Below are positions 1 to 11,011 of a stretch of DNA of 32,000 nt, piece after piece. Source of the stretch: Pseudomonas aeruginosa. GTDB lineage: Bacteria; Pseudomonadota; Gammaproteobacteria; Pseudomonadales; Pseudomonadaceae. Below the pieces are notes generated by a model, which did not search any database, was not told the DNA's origin, and saw nothing but the letters and a program-made list of their open reading frames with translations. How positions within the stretch are numbered: position 1 is the first letter of the stretch; every line of letters begins with the position of its first letter. Position numbers and translations under genes: made by a program. The stretch covers positions 3,840,001 to 3,872,000 of the forward strand of contig NZ_LN831024.1 in assembly GCF_001457615.1 (NCBI RefSeq), in the 5' to 3' direction.

Positions 1-375
1 GATCAGGTAGACCTTGTAGCGTCCGCGGGTCGGCGAGTACTGCACGTTGTCGAGCAGCTCGCGGGTATCCTCGACCTTGGTCCGGCTCGCGGCGTCCACT
101 TCGATCAGGTCGACGAAGCGGCCTTCGTCGATTTCGCGACAGACCGAGCATTCGCCGCACGGCGTGGAGCTGACCCCGGTCTCGCAGTTCAGGCACTTGG
201 CCAGGATCCGCGCGATGGTGGTCTTGCCGACCCCGCGGGTACCGGTGAACAGGTAGGCATGGTGCAGCCGCTGGTTGTCCAGGGCGTTGATCAGAGCCTT
301 GAGCACATGGGTCTGGCCGACCATTTCACGGAAGGAACGGGGACGCCATTTACGCGCAAGAACTTGATAACTCAT
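1..375 (-). CDS. dnaX: DNA polymerase III tau/gamma subunit, N-terminal 125 codons only (gene continues beyond left edge)
   Basis: Reverse-complement translation from the ATG at 375-373 reads MSYQVLARKWRPRSFREMVGQTHVLKALINALDNQRLHHAYLFTGTRGVGKTTIARILAKCLNCETGV..CGEC..C. This shows the clamp-loader Walker A (GTRGVGKTT) and the Cys-rich zinc module. It is absent from the ORF track because the window edge truncates it. Confidence 0.9.
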   Translation of the reverse strand, partial: MSYQVLARKWRPRSFREMVGQTHVLKALINALDNQRLHHAYLFTGTRGVGKTTIARILAKCLNCETGVSSTPCGECSVCREIDEGRFVDLIEVDAASRTKVEDTRELLDNVQYSPTRGRYKVYLI

Positions 376-504
376 CGAAAACCGTCGCAGAAGGGAAGCA
401 CAAGTCGGCCAATGCTAGCGCAATTTACCCCTTCTGCGCTCGCCGACTTGGCAAACTGCGTGCTAAGAATTCCCCTGGCCCTTCAGCAGCCCTCGTCGGT
501 GGCA

Positions 505-1278
505 ATGACTCTACCTTCCCTGACATCGTTCATGCCTCATTTCGGCGCACCTGCGCTGCTCCTGCTGCAGTTGCTCGCGGCCCTGCCAGCGACGGCCGCG
601 GAGACCGACGCGACGCCATTGCGCTTCTCGGTGATGGAAAGCTGGAGCATGCCGTTGGTCCGCCTGCAACGGGGCCAGCCGATCGACGGCATCGTCTACG
701 ACATCACCCGCTCCCTTGCCCGGCAGGTCGGCCGCAAGGCGCTCTACCACCCCTACCCGCGCGGGCGCATCGAGCAGGCGATGAACGCTGGCGAAATCGA
801 TGTCCGCTGCTACATCAGCCCCGCCTGGCTCAGCCACGACTTCCCCGGCTATCGCTGGAGCGTCGCGCTGCTGGTGCAACGCGACATCCTGGTCGCCCGC
901 GAAGGCTTCGCGCCGATTCCCGAGGCGCTGCCGGCCCAGCGTATCGGTACCGTCCTTGGCTACAGCTATCCCCGCTTGCAAGCGCTGTTCGACATCGGCC
1001 GACTGCGCCGCGACGATGCGCGCACCCAGGATCTGGTGCTGGAAAAGCTGCGCGCCGGCCGCTACCGCTACGCGGTCAGCCATCAACTGTCGCTGCACTG
1101 GAGCAACCGCCAGGCGCCGGGGCAGCCGCCACTCCAGGAAGCCGCGCAGCTCGAAGAGACGGCGGTGAGCTGCATGGTGCGGGACTCCGCAGAGGTTCCG
1201 GTGGAAGCGATACTGAAGACGTTCGAGGAAATGAAGCGCAGCGGAGAGATCGAGGAGATACTGCAGCGCTACCGATAA
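505..1278 (+). CDS. periplasmic solute-binding protein, family-3 (PBPb-like) fold, orphan (no adjacent permease or ATPase)
   Basis: This is the 3' part of track ORF 259..1278. The first 82 codons overlap the dnaX 5' end and were trimmed. Start is the ATG at 505 (alternative ATG at 532). A signal-peptide-like stretch PALLLLQLLAALPATAAE is followed by a body resembling amino-acid-type binding proteins (GIVYDITRSLARQVG, RIEQAMNAGEIDV). Substrate unknown. Confidence 0.6.
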   Translation: MTLPSLTSFMPHFGAPALLLLQLLAALPATAAETDATPLRFSVMESWSMPLVRLQRGQPIDGIVYDITRSLARQVGRKALYHPYPRGRIEQAMNAGEIDVRCYISPAWLSHDFPGYRWSVALLVQRDILVAREGFAPIPEALPAQRIGTVLGYSYPRLQALFDIGRLRRDDARTQDLVLEKLRAGRYRYAVSHQLSLHWSNRQAPGQPPLQEAAQLEETAVSCMVRDSAEVPVEAILKTFEEMKRSGEIEEILQRYR

Positions 1279-1316
1279 GAGCGGCGGCGGCGTGCGGAAA
1301 ATGGCGGGCCTGAAAT

Positions 1317-1429
1317 GGAGGCGGCCCCGCCAGCCACACCCCGGCACACGATGTTCCCGCTGTGGCTGCTTCCTTCCGGACCTGACCAGGTTGACGGGTA
1401 ATCGTTGCGGGGGGACCGACAGGGCCACC
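1317..1429 (-). ncRNA. ffs: 4.5S RNA, the signal recognition particle RNA
   Basis: The minus strand reads GGUGGCCCUGUCGGUCCCCCCGCAACGAUUACCCGUCAACCUGGUCAGGUCCGGAAGGAAGCAGCCACAGCGGGAACAUCGUGUGCCGGGGUGUGGCUGGCGGGGCCGCCUCC, 113 nt. It is colinear with E. coli 4.5S RNA as I remember it (114 nt). The domain IV core GGUCAGGUCCGGAAGGAAGCAGCC is identical, and the 5' GGUGGCCC can pair with the 3' GGGCCGCC. The ends are approximate to a few nt. Confidence 0.9.
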
Positions 1430-1487
1430 ATTGCAGCCTACCCTCGGGTAGGCCGCGCCATTCTACCGGCTTGCGCGTAAGTTACAA
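1430..1487 (-). promoter_or_regulatory. putative ffs promoter (TTGTAA-N16-TAGAAT) plus a roughly 24-nt 5' leader with a hairpin
   Basis: On the minus strand the -35 TTGTAA lies at 1487-1482 and the -10 TAGAAT at 1465-1460, with a 16-nt spacer. The predicted start near 1453 leaves a leader containing the hairpin GCCUACCC-GAG-GGUAGGC (1453-1436) before the mature 5' end. E. coli pre-4.5S RNA also has a short leader removed by RNase P. Confidence 0.45.
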
Positions 1488-1531
1488 CCACTTCAAGCAC
1501 TTACGTTTGCAATCCATTTCGCGAAAGCGGT

Positions 1532-1909
1532 TCATTGCTGCTGGATCAGACCCTCCGGCGGCGGCTGGGTCGATACGCTCAGCTCGGTATCGACATACAG
1601 GTCCAGGGTGCCCCAGCCCGGCTTGGTGCTGAACGACGCATACTTCTCCTCACCGCGATGGAAGGAGAAGGCGATCCGGTAATCGCTGCCGCCGAACAGC
1701 TTCACCGGAAACTCGCGGACCTGGCCGGGCCGGATCTCCCCGGAGAAGGTTTCCACGCCCTGCTCCTTGTAGCTGTAGGCGATCGGCGCCGAAGCCTGGC
1801 CACTGTAATGCAGCAGGATGCGCGGCCGCTCGCTCCAACCCACGTAGGCGCCGAACAGCACCACCAATGCGAGCACGCCCAGCAACCGCTGCTTTCTTGC
1901 CTTGTCCAT
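1532..1909 (-). CDS. small hypothetical protein with one N-terminal transmembrane or signal-anchor helix
   Basis: 125-aa ORF. A GGAG Shine-Dalgarno lies 5 nt upstream of the ATG (ctggagttaacATG). The N-terminus MDKARKQRLLGVLALVVLFGAYVGW is hydrophobic. The gene lies 45 nt downstream of ligA on the same strand. I recognise no family. Confidence 0.6.
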   Translation of the reverse strand: MDKARKQRLLGVLALVVLFGAYVGWSERPRILLHYSGQASAPIAYSYKEQGVETFSGEIRPGQVREFPVKLFGGSDYRIAFSFHRGEEKYASFSTKPGWGTLDLYVDTELSVSTQPPPEGLIQQQ

Positions 1910-1954
1910 CGTTAACTCCAGTCTTCGGAAATCTTTCGCAGCAGCGCCGCCGCT

Positions 1955-4429
<2,475 letters not shown>

Positions 4430-5299
4430 TCAGCGCTTCTGCATCAGGCTGCGACGCTCATGGTCGATGATGCGCTGGCGGTAGTGCTCGATGGTCTGGG
4501 CGGTCAACACGCTGCGCTGCTCGTCCTTCAGCTCGCCGTTCAGCTCGTGGGCCAGCTTGCGAGCGGCGGCAACCATCACGTCGAAGGCCTGCTTCGGATG
4601 GCGCGGCCCCGGCAGGCCGAGGAAGAAGCTCACGGCGCGGGTGCTGAAGTTGTCGATGTCGTCCAGGTCGAAAGTGCCCGGTTTCACCGCATTGGCCATG
4701 GAGAACAGGATCTCGCCATTGCCGGCCATGCTTTCGTGGCGATGGAAGATGTCCATGTCGCCGAAGCGCAGGCCGCTCTCGAGGATGTTCTGCAACAATG
4801 CCGGCCCCTTGAAGCCGCTCTCGTCGCGGGCGATGACGTTGATGATCAGCACCTCGTCGACCGGGGCAGGTTCGGCAGCAACCGCAGGGGCTTTCTCCCG
4901 CTCTTTCTCCTTGCGGCCCTTCGACTTGCCCTTGCGCGGCTCCACCGTCTCGGCGGCATCGCTCGGGTCCGCCTCCAGGGCCAGCCCCTCGTCGAGGTCC
5001 AGATCGCCCTGGCGCGGCTCTTCCTGGCGCTTGCCGCCCTTGCGTTCCTTGGCTTCGCGGGCGCTGACGCTGGGCAGGTCCTGTTCGTCGAAGGATGGCT
5101 CGCGATGCTCGACCACGCGCGCCGGCCCCAGCAGTTCAGCCGAGTCGCCGTCGTCGTCCGGCAGATTGGCGAAACTGCGGTCGAGCTTGAACTTCAACTT
5201 GCCCTTGCCGCCCCGCATCCGCCGCCAACCGTCGAAGAGAATGCCGGCGATCACGATAAGCCCGATAACGATAAGCCATTCGCGCAGACCGATATCCAT
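4430..5299 (-). CDS. zipA: cell division protein ZipA
   Basis: N-terminal membrane anchor [18 protein letters not shown], a long charged linker rich in K, E and P, and a conserved C-terminal FtsZ-binding domain ([20 protein letters not shown] ...). Confidence 0.93.
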   Translation of the reverse strand: MDIGLREWLIVIGLIVIAGILFDGWRRMRGGKGKLKFKLDRSFANLPDDDGDSAELLGPARVVEHREPSFDEQDLPSVSAREAKERKGGKRQEEPRQGDLDLDEGLALEADPSDAAETVEPRKGKSKGRKEKEREKAPAVAAEPAPVDEVLIINVIARDESGFKGPALLQNILESGLRFGDMDIFHRHESMAGNGEILFSMANAVKPGTFDLDDIDNFSTRAVSFFLGLPGPRHPKQAFDVMVAAARKLAHELNGELKDEQRSVLTAQTIEHYRQRIIDHERRSLMQKR

Positions 5300-5463
5300 G
5301 TAATTCCGTAGCCCCTAGTGAAAATGGTGAATAAAAAATGAAAAAAGGACGTCCTGTCCCTTGAAACGTGGAGCCAACCTTGTTCTGACAGAACTTTCCC
5401 ACGCGATACAAAAAGTGGCCATTAAACTAACATGCCCATGCACAAGTTTACACTGCCTGACAC

Positions 5464-8400
5464 TCAGGCTTCAGCCAATGCGACCGCCTCTTCCACGTCA
5501 ACTGCAACAAGCCGTGAACAGCCCGGCTCATGCATGGTCACGCCCATCAACTGATCGGCCATTTCCATGGCGATCTTGTTGTGGGTGATATAGATGAACT
5601 GCACCTTTTCCGACATCTCCTTCACCAATCGCGCATAACGTCCGACGTTGGCATCGTCCAATGGCGCATCGACTTCGTCGAGCATGCAGAACGGCGCCGG
5701 GTTCAACTGGAAGATGGCGAATACCAGCGCCAGCGCGGTCAGCGCCTTTTCCCCGCCGGACAACAAGTGGATGGTGCTGTTCTTCTTGCCCGGCGGGCGC
5801 GCCATGATCGCCACACCGGTATCGAGTAGATCTTCGCCGGTAAGTTCCAGATATGCCGTACCGCCGCCGAATACCTTCGGGAACAATGCCTGAAGGCCAG
5901 CATTGATCTGGTCGAAGGTTTCCTTGAAACGATTGCGGGTTTCCCGGTCGATCTTGCGGATGACGTTTTCCAGCGTCTCCAGCGCTTCGGCCAGGTCGTC
6001 GTTCTGCGAGTCCAGGTAGCGCTTGCGCTCGGACTGCTGCTGGTACTCCTCGATCGCCGCCAGGTTGATCGGCCCCAGACGCTGGATGCGCGCCGCGAGA
6101 CTCTCGAGACGCTCCTCCCAATCGCGTTCGCTGGCATCCAGGGGCAGGTTGGCCAGTACCGTATGCAGGTCGTAGCCGTCTTCGGCGAGCTGCTCCTGCA
6201 AGGCTTTGCGCCGCACCACCAGCCCCTGCCACTCCAGGCGCTGCTGCTCCAGCTGGCCACGCAGCAGTTGCGATTGCTGCTCGGCCTGGCCGCGGCGCTT
6301 CTCCACCTCGCGCAGTTCGCGATCGGCGTCTTCCAGGGCCAGCCGCGCCTGCTTGAGTTCGTCCTCGACGGCCATCCGCCGCTCCAGCAACTCCTCGAGC
6401 TTCATGCGCAGCTCTTCCAGCGGTGCCGCCCCCTCCTCCAGATTGAGGTTGAGCTGTTCGCAACGCTCGTTGAGGCGCGCCGACTGCTGGTCGAGGCGCT
6501 CCAGGGCCTGCTGGGTGGAATTGTGCTGCGCCTTCAGCGAGCCGACCCGCACCGCCAACTGGTGCGCATGGTCCTTGTGGGTGCGGGCATCCTGGCGAAT
6601 CCGGTCGAGCCGTTCGCGCAGGGCGTCACGCTCCGCCAGCAGGGTTTCCCGGCGCTCGGTGTCCAGCGCCATGCTATCCAGCGCTTCCTGCAGGGTCAGG
6701 CGCGCCTCGCTCAGTTGCTCCTGTTCCAGCGCGCGCTGCTCGGCCAGTTCCGCCACTTCTTCGTCGAGACGGCGGCGACGCAGTACCAGTTGCTCGACCT
6801 TGGCCTGCTGCGCGGACAACTGCGCCTTCAGCTCGCCGTGCCGGCGCCCCTCCTCCTGGACCTGGCGCCGCACCTGCTCGCGCGCGCCTTCCAGCTCGCG
6901 CTGCTCGTCGCGGGCCGCAGCCAGACGCTCCTCGCCTTCGGCGACACGGGTTTCCAGGGCCTCCCGCCGCTCCTGCAACGCCTCCAGTTCCTGGGCGCGG
7001 GCGAGCATGCCGCCCTGGGCCTCGTCGCTGCGCCGGACCCGCAGGAAGTGCCGGCCGACCCAGTAGCCATCGCGACTGATCAGGCTCTCGCCGTCGTCCA
7101 GGGCGCCGCGCTGGGCGAGCGCCTGTTCCAGGGTCTCCACCGGTTTCACCCGGGCCAACCAGGGACTCAGGTCGGCGTCGGCGCGGACCTTGTCCAGCAG
7201 CGAACCGGCCGCCGTCGCGGCTCCGCGAGCGGGGCTGAGCAGGCGCAGCTCGCCCTTGCCGAAGCCGGCCAGGGCGAGCCCGTCGAAGCCGTCCAGCAAG
7301 ACCGCCTGCAGATCCGCGCCGAGCACGGTCTCCACCGCCAGCTCCCAACCCGGCTCGACACGCAAGCCTTCGGCGAGGCGCGGACGTTGTTCCAAGCCCT
7401 GCTCGCGCAACCACTCCAAGGCGCCCTGTCCGGGATCGAGAGCGGCCTGCTGCAGGGCCTCCAGCGAAGCGATGCGCCCGTTCAGGCGCTGCAACTCGCC
7501 CTGCGCCTGGTGCTGTTCGGCGGCCAGTTGCTGCAATTCCTGGCGCAATTGTTCGAGTCGCTCGGCTTGGCCCTGCTCCTGCAATTGCAGTTCTTCCAGG
7601 GCCAGTTCGGCGATCGCCACCTGCTCGTTGAGTTCGAGGATCGCCGCGTCCTCGGGGTCGGCCGCCAACTGGCCACGCTCCTCCTGCAGGCGCCGCTCGC
7701 GATCCTGCAGGCGCTCCAGGCTCTGCTCCAGGTGCTGGATGCGCGACTGCTGCACCTCGGCCTGGCGGCGGGGTTCGGCGCTCTGCTGGTTGAAGGCATC
7801 CCACTGCTGCTGCCAGGCCTGCATGCCCTGCTCGGCCTGTTCCAGGGCGATGCCCGCTTCTTCCGCGGCGGCCGCGCTGAGTTCCTGTTCCGGTGCGAGC
7901 ATGGCCATTTCCTCGGCCAGGGTCGCGAGCAAGGTACGGTCGTGCCCGAGGTGCGATTCGGTTTCCTGGCGGGTCCGTTCGGCTTCGCGCAAGTCGTCCT
8001 GCAACTGGCGCTGGCGCTGCTGGCCATGCTGGATGCTCTGCTCGACCCGGGCGATGTCGCCGCCGACCGAATAGAAGCGTGCCTGCACCTGGTTGAAGCG
8101 TTCGGACAACTCGTGATGGCCGTCGCGCAGCCGTTCGATGCCGGCATCGGCACCGCGCTGCTCGGCTACCAGGGCCTCGAAGGCGACCTCCTGGTCGCCG
8201 ATGACCCGCTCGCGCTGACCGACCTGCTCGTTCAGGTCGCGCCAGCGCACGGCACCCAGCTGGGCCTTGAGCTGGCGCTCCTCGGCCTTGTGCTCCTGGT
8301 ATTTTTCCGCCGACTGGGCCTGCCGGTGCAGGCGTTCCAGTTGCCGCCCCAGCTCTTCGCGCAGGTCGGTGAGGCGTGCCAGGTTTTCCTGGGTCCGACG

Positions 8401-8952
8401 GATGCGGCTTTCGGTTTCGCGGCGGCGCTCCTTGTACTTGGAAATGCCCGCGGCTTCCTCGATGAAGTTGCGCAGGTCTTCCGGACGCGCCTCGATCAGC
8501 TTGGAGATCATGCCCTGTTCGATGATCGAGTAGCTGCGCGGCCCCAGGCCGGTGCCGAGGAAGATGTCGGTGATGTCGCGCCGCCGGCACTTGGTGCCGT
8601 TGAGGAAATAGGTGTTCTGCCCATCCCGCGAGACCCGCCGGCGAATGGATATCTCGGCGTACTGGGCGTATTCGCCCACCAGTGTGGTCTCGGCGTTGTC
8701 GAAGATCAGCTCGATGCTCGCCTGGCTCACCGGCTTGCGGGTATTCGAGCCGTTGAAGATGACATCGGTCATCGACTCGCCACGCAGGTTCTTCGCCGAG
8801 CTTTCGCCCATCACCCAGCGCACCGCGTCGATGATGTTCGACTTGCCGCAGCCGTTCGGCCCTACCACTGCCGCCATGTTGCTGGGGAAGTTCACCGTGG
8901 TCGGATCGACGAAGGACTTGAACCCCGCCAGCTTGATGCTCTTCAGGCGCAT
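5464..8952 (-). CDS. smc: chromosome partition/condensation protein Smc (1162 aa)
   Basis: Track ORF 5464..9063 trimmed to the ATG at 8952 (MRLKSIKLAGFKSF), which has GGGAG 7 nt upstream. Walker A GPNGCGKSN, long coiled coils, signature LSGGEKALTALALVFAIF and Walker B FCMLDEVDAPLD are present. Confidence 0.95.
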   Translation of the reverse strand: MRLKSIKLAGFKSFVDPTTVNFPSNMAAVVGPNGCGKSNIIDAVRWVMGESSAKNLRGESMTDVIFNGSNTRKPVSQASIELIFDNAETTLVGEYAQYAEISIRRRVSRDGQNTYFLNGTKCRRRDITDIFLGTGLGPRSYSIIEQGMISKLIEARPEDLRNFIEEAAGISKYKERRRETESRIRRTQENLARLTDLREELGRQLERLHRQAQSAEKYQEHKAEERQLKAQLGAVRWRDLNEQVGQRERVIGDQEVAFEALVAEQRGADAGIERLRDGHHELSERFNQVQARFYSVGGDIARVEQSIQHGQQRQRQLQDDLREAERTRQETESHLGHDRTLLATLAEEMAMLAPEQELSAAAAEEAGIALEQAEQGMQAWQQQWDAFNQQSAEPRRQAEVQQSRIQHLEQSLERLQDRERRLQEERGQLAADPEDAAILELNEQVAIAELALEELQLQEQGQAERLEQLRQELQQLAAEQHQAQGELQRLNGRIASLEALQQAALDPGQGALEWLREQGLEQRPRLAEGLRVEPGWELAVETVLGADLQAVLLDGFDGLALAGFGKGELRLLSPARGAATAAGSLLDKVRADADLSPWLARVKPVETLEQALAQRGALDDGESLISRDGYWVGRHFLRVRRSDEAQGGMLARAQELEALQERREALETRVAEGEERLAAARDEQRELEGAREQVRRQVQEEGRRHGELKAQLSAQQAKVEQLVLRRRRLDEEVAELAEQRALEQEQLSEARLTLQEALDSMALDTERRETLLAERDALRERLDRIRQDARTHKDHAHQLAVRVGSLKAQHNSTQQALERLDQQSARLNERCEQLNLNLEEGAAPLEELRMKLEELLERRMAVEDELKQARLALEDADRELREVEKRRGQAEQQSQLLRGQLEQQRLEWQGLVVRRKALQEQLAEDGYDLHTVLANLPLDASERDWEERLESLAARIQRLGPINLAAIEEYQQQSERKRYLDSQNDDLAEALETLENVIRKIDRETRNRFKETFDQINAGLQALFPKVFGGGTAYLELTGEDLLDTGVAIMARPPGKKNSTIHLLSGGEKALTALALVFAIFQLNPAPFCMLDEVDAPLDDANVGRYARLVKEMSEKVQFIYITHNKIAMEMADQLMGVTMHEPGCSRLVAVDVEEAVALAEA

Positions 8953-8977
8953 GCGTGCGCTCCCGCCAGGGTCGCCA

Positions 8978-9637
8978 TCAGCGTTCGGCGAGCGCGGCCA
9001 GCACCAGCTGGCAGTTGTGGCGGCCGTATTCCAGCAGGACCTCGCGGATCCTCGCCTCGTCACGGGCGATCACCGCTTGCAGGAGCTGAGCAAAACTGCC
9101 GAGGAACTGGTTCATTTCCGCCTTGCGCCGTTCCAGCGCCAGGTGGTAGGCGCGACTCACCGCCGGCAGCAGGTTTTCGACGGTCTCCTGCAGGTAGGGA
9201 TTGTTCGCGAAAGGAAAGGCCGCGCGCATGATGTCGAAGCTGGCCTCGACGAAGCCGTCGATATCGCTTTGCGCCAGGTTGTTCAGCAGGCGCTGCTGGA
9301 TGACCAGGAACGGTGCCAGCTCGGCTTCGCTGCGCCAGCGCCGGGCGACGCTTTCCGCCAGCAGGATGTAGAGCTGCACGATCAGCGCGTAGAGGCTTTC
9401 CACATGTTGCGGGGACAGTTCGGACACCTGGGCGCCGCGGCGCGGCAGGATGTTCACCAGGTGGCGGCGTTCGAGAATCAGCAGCGCCTCGCGGACCGAG
9501 CCGCGACTGACGTTGAGGGTCTGGGTGACCTTCTGCTCCTGGATACGTTCCCGTTCCTTGAGTTCTCCCCGGATGATGCGTTCCGCGAGGTGGTGGGCGA
9601 TCTGCTCTGCCAGGCTGTCCGGGGCCTTGAACGTCAT
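8978..9637 (-). CDS. GntR-family transcriptional regulator (FadR/FCD-type C-terminal domain)
   Basis: Track ORF 8978..9778 trimmed to the ATG at 9637 (MTFKAPDSLAEQIAHHLAERIIRGEL). The winged HTH reads TLNVSRGSVREALLILERRHLV. The stop codon lies 25 nt upstream of the smc start. Confidence 0.85.
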   Translation of the reverse strand: MTFKAPDSLAEQIAHHLAERIIRGELKERERIQEQKVTQTLNVSRGSVREALLILERRHLVNILPRRGAQVSELSPQHVESLYALIVQLYILLAESVARRWRSEAELAPFLVIQQRLLNNLAQSDIDGFVEASFDIMRAAFPFANNPYLQETVENLLPAVSRAYHLALERRKAEMNQFLGSFAQLLQAVIARDEARIREVLLEYGRHNCQLVLAALAER

Positions 9638-9774
9638 GGTGATCCTTTTATCCAGGGGCGCGTTTTCCGGGGGTATATGGATGGGAAGTGTAACACAGGG
9701 CGTTACCCCGCCGGCTTCCCGGCGAAGCGGCGGACAGAACGAAGGTTGGGATGGGGCAGGCCGGCCAAGGGAGG

Positions 9775-9790
9775 ACAATTGTCAGACAAT
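9775..9790. promoter_or_regulatory. overlapping palindromes ACAATTGT / ATTGTCAGACAAT (GntR-type T.GT-N-AC.A box) just upstream of alkB2
   Basis: ATTGTC-A-GACAAT is a perfect 6-1-6 inverted repeat at 9778-9790, 28 nt upstream of the alkB2 ATG. It sits in the divergent region shared with the GntR gene. Confidence 0.4.
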
Positions 9791-9817
9791 CTAACAAGAT
9801 AAATACGAGGACTTCCC

Positions 9818-10951
9818 ATGTTTGCCTCGCTTTCCTCTGCCTGGATGCTGCGTCTGAAAAAGTACGGCTACTGGATCTGGCTGATCGCGGTGCTCGGCAT
9901 CCCGCTCAGCTACTGGTGGTCGCTCGGTAGCGACTACCCCAACGCCTGGCCCTGGCTGGTGATCAGCGTGGTGTTCGGGCTGATCCCGATCCTCGATGCC
10001 ATCGTCGGCCGCGATCCGGCCAACCCCGAGGAAGCCAGCGAAGTGCCGGAGATGGAAGCACAGGGCTACTACCGCGTACTGTCCCTGGCCACCGTCCCGC
10101 TGTTGCTGGGCATGCTCGTCTGGTCCGGCTGGATCCTCGCCCACGAGACCCGCTGGGACTGGGTCGGCCAACTGGGCTGGATCCTGTCGGTGGGCACCGT
10201 GATGGGCGCCATCGGCATCACCGTCTCCCACGAACTGATCCACAAGGACCCGCAACTGGAACAGAACGCCGGCGGCCTGCTGCTGGCAGCGGTGTGCTAT
10301 GCCGGCTTCAAGGTCGAACACGTGCGCGGCCACCATGTACACGTCTCGACCCCGGAAGATGCCTCGTCCTCGCGCTACGGCCAGAGCCTCTACTCGTTCC
10401 TCCCGCACGCCTACAAGCACAACTTCCTCAACGCCTGGCGCCTGGAGGCCGAGCGCCTGAAGCGCAAGGGCCTGCCGGCCCTGCACTGGCGCAACGAGCT
10501 GATCTGGTGGTACGCCATCAGCGCCCTCTTCCTGCTCGGCTTCAGCCTGGCCTTCGGCTGGCTGGGAGCGATCTTCTTCCTCGGCCAGTCGGTGATGGCC
10601 TTCACCCTGCTGGAGATCGTCAACTACGTCGAGCACTACGGCCTGCATCGGCGGCGCCTGGACAACGGCCGCTACGAACGCACCACGCCGGAACACTCGT
10701 GGAACAGCAATTTCCTCCTGACCAACCTGTTCCTTTTCCACCTGCAGCGCCATTCCGACCACCATGCCTACGCCAAGCGCCGCTACCAGGTGCTGCGCCA
10801 CTACGACAGCAGCCCGCAACTGCCCAACGGCTACGCCGGGATGATCGTCCTCGCCCTGTTCCCACCGCTCTGGCGCGCGGTGATGGACCCGAAGGTGCGC
10901 GCCTACTATGCCGGCGAGGAATACCAGCTTACCGACACCCAGCGCATCTGA
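9818..10951 (+). CDS. alkB2: integral-membrane alkane 1-monooxygenase (AlkB family)
   Basis: All four AlkB histidine boxes are present: HELIHK, EHVRGHH, NYVEHYG and LQRHSDHHA. Multiple TM helices. The position next to xdhA matches the PAO1 alkB2 locus as I recall it. Confidence 0.93.
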   Translation: MFASLSSAWMLRLKKYGYWIWLIAVLGIPLSYWWSLGSDYPNAWPWLVISVVFGLIPILDAIVGRDPANPEEASEVPEMEAQGYYRVLSLATVPLLLGMLVWSGWILAHETRWDWVGQLGWILSVGTVMGAIGITVSHELIHKDPQLEQNAGGLLLAAVCYAGFKVEHVRGHHVHVSTPEDASSSRYGQSLYSFLPHAYKHNFLNAWRLEAERLKRKGLPALHWRNELIWWYAISALFLLGFSLAFGWLGAIFFLGQSVMAFTLLEIVNYVEHYGLHRRRLDNGRYERTTPEHSWNSNFLLTNLFLFHLQRHSDHHAYAKRRYQVLRHYDSSPQLPNGYAGMIVLALFPPLWRAVMDPKVRAYYAGEEYQLTDTQRI

Positions 10952-10967
10952 GCGTCCCGCCCCTGGG

Positions 10968-10997
10968 AAACGGCACCTTCGGGTGCCGTTTTCGTTT
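10968..10997 (+). terminator. rho-independent terminator of alkB2
   Basis: AAACGGCACC-TTCG-GGTGCCGTTT, with the T run continuing as TCGTTT, 17 nt after the stop codon. Confidence 0.8.
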
Positions 10998-11011
10998 ATG
11001 GGCAAACTGAC

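Noticed and set aside
259-504. N-terminal 82 codons of track ORF 259..1278
   Set aside because: This part overlaps the dnaX 5' end (minus strand, to 375) and its promoter region. A signal peptide begins only after the ATG at 505 or 532, so the gene was trimmed.
6163-9231. 1022-aa ORF on the plus strand, plus several other long ORFs (6206..7066, 6674..8590, 7190..8074, 7482..8153)
   Set aside because: All overlap smc on other frames or the opposite strand. Their translations are low-complexity (L/Q/A/R/G/P-rich) with no recognisable motifs. The minus-strand frame gives a full-length Smc with Walker A, signature and Walker B motifs. Long stop-free antisense frames are expected at this GC content.
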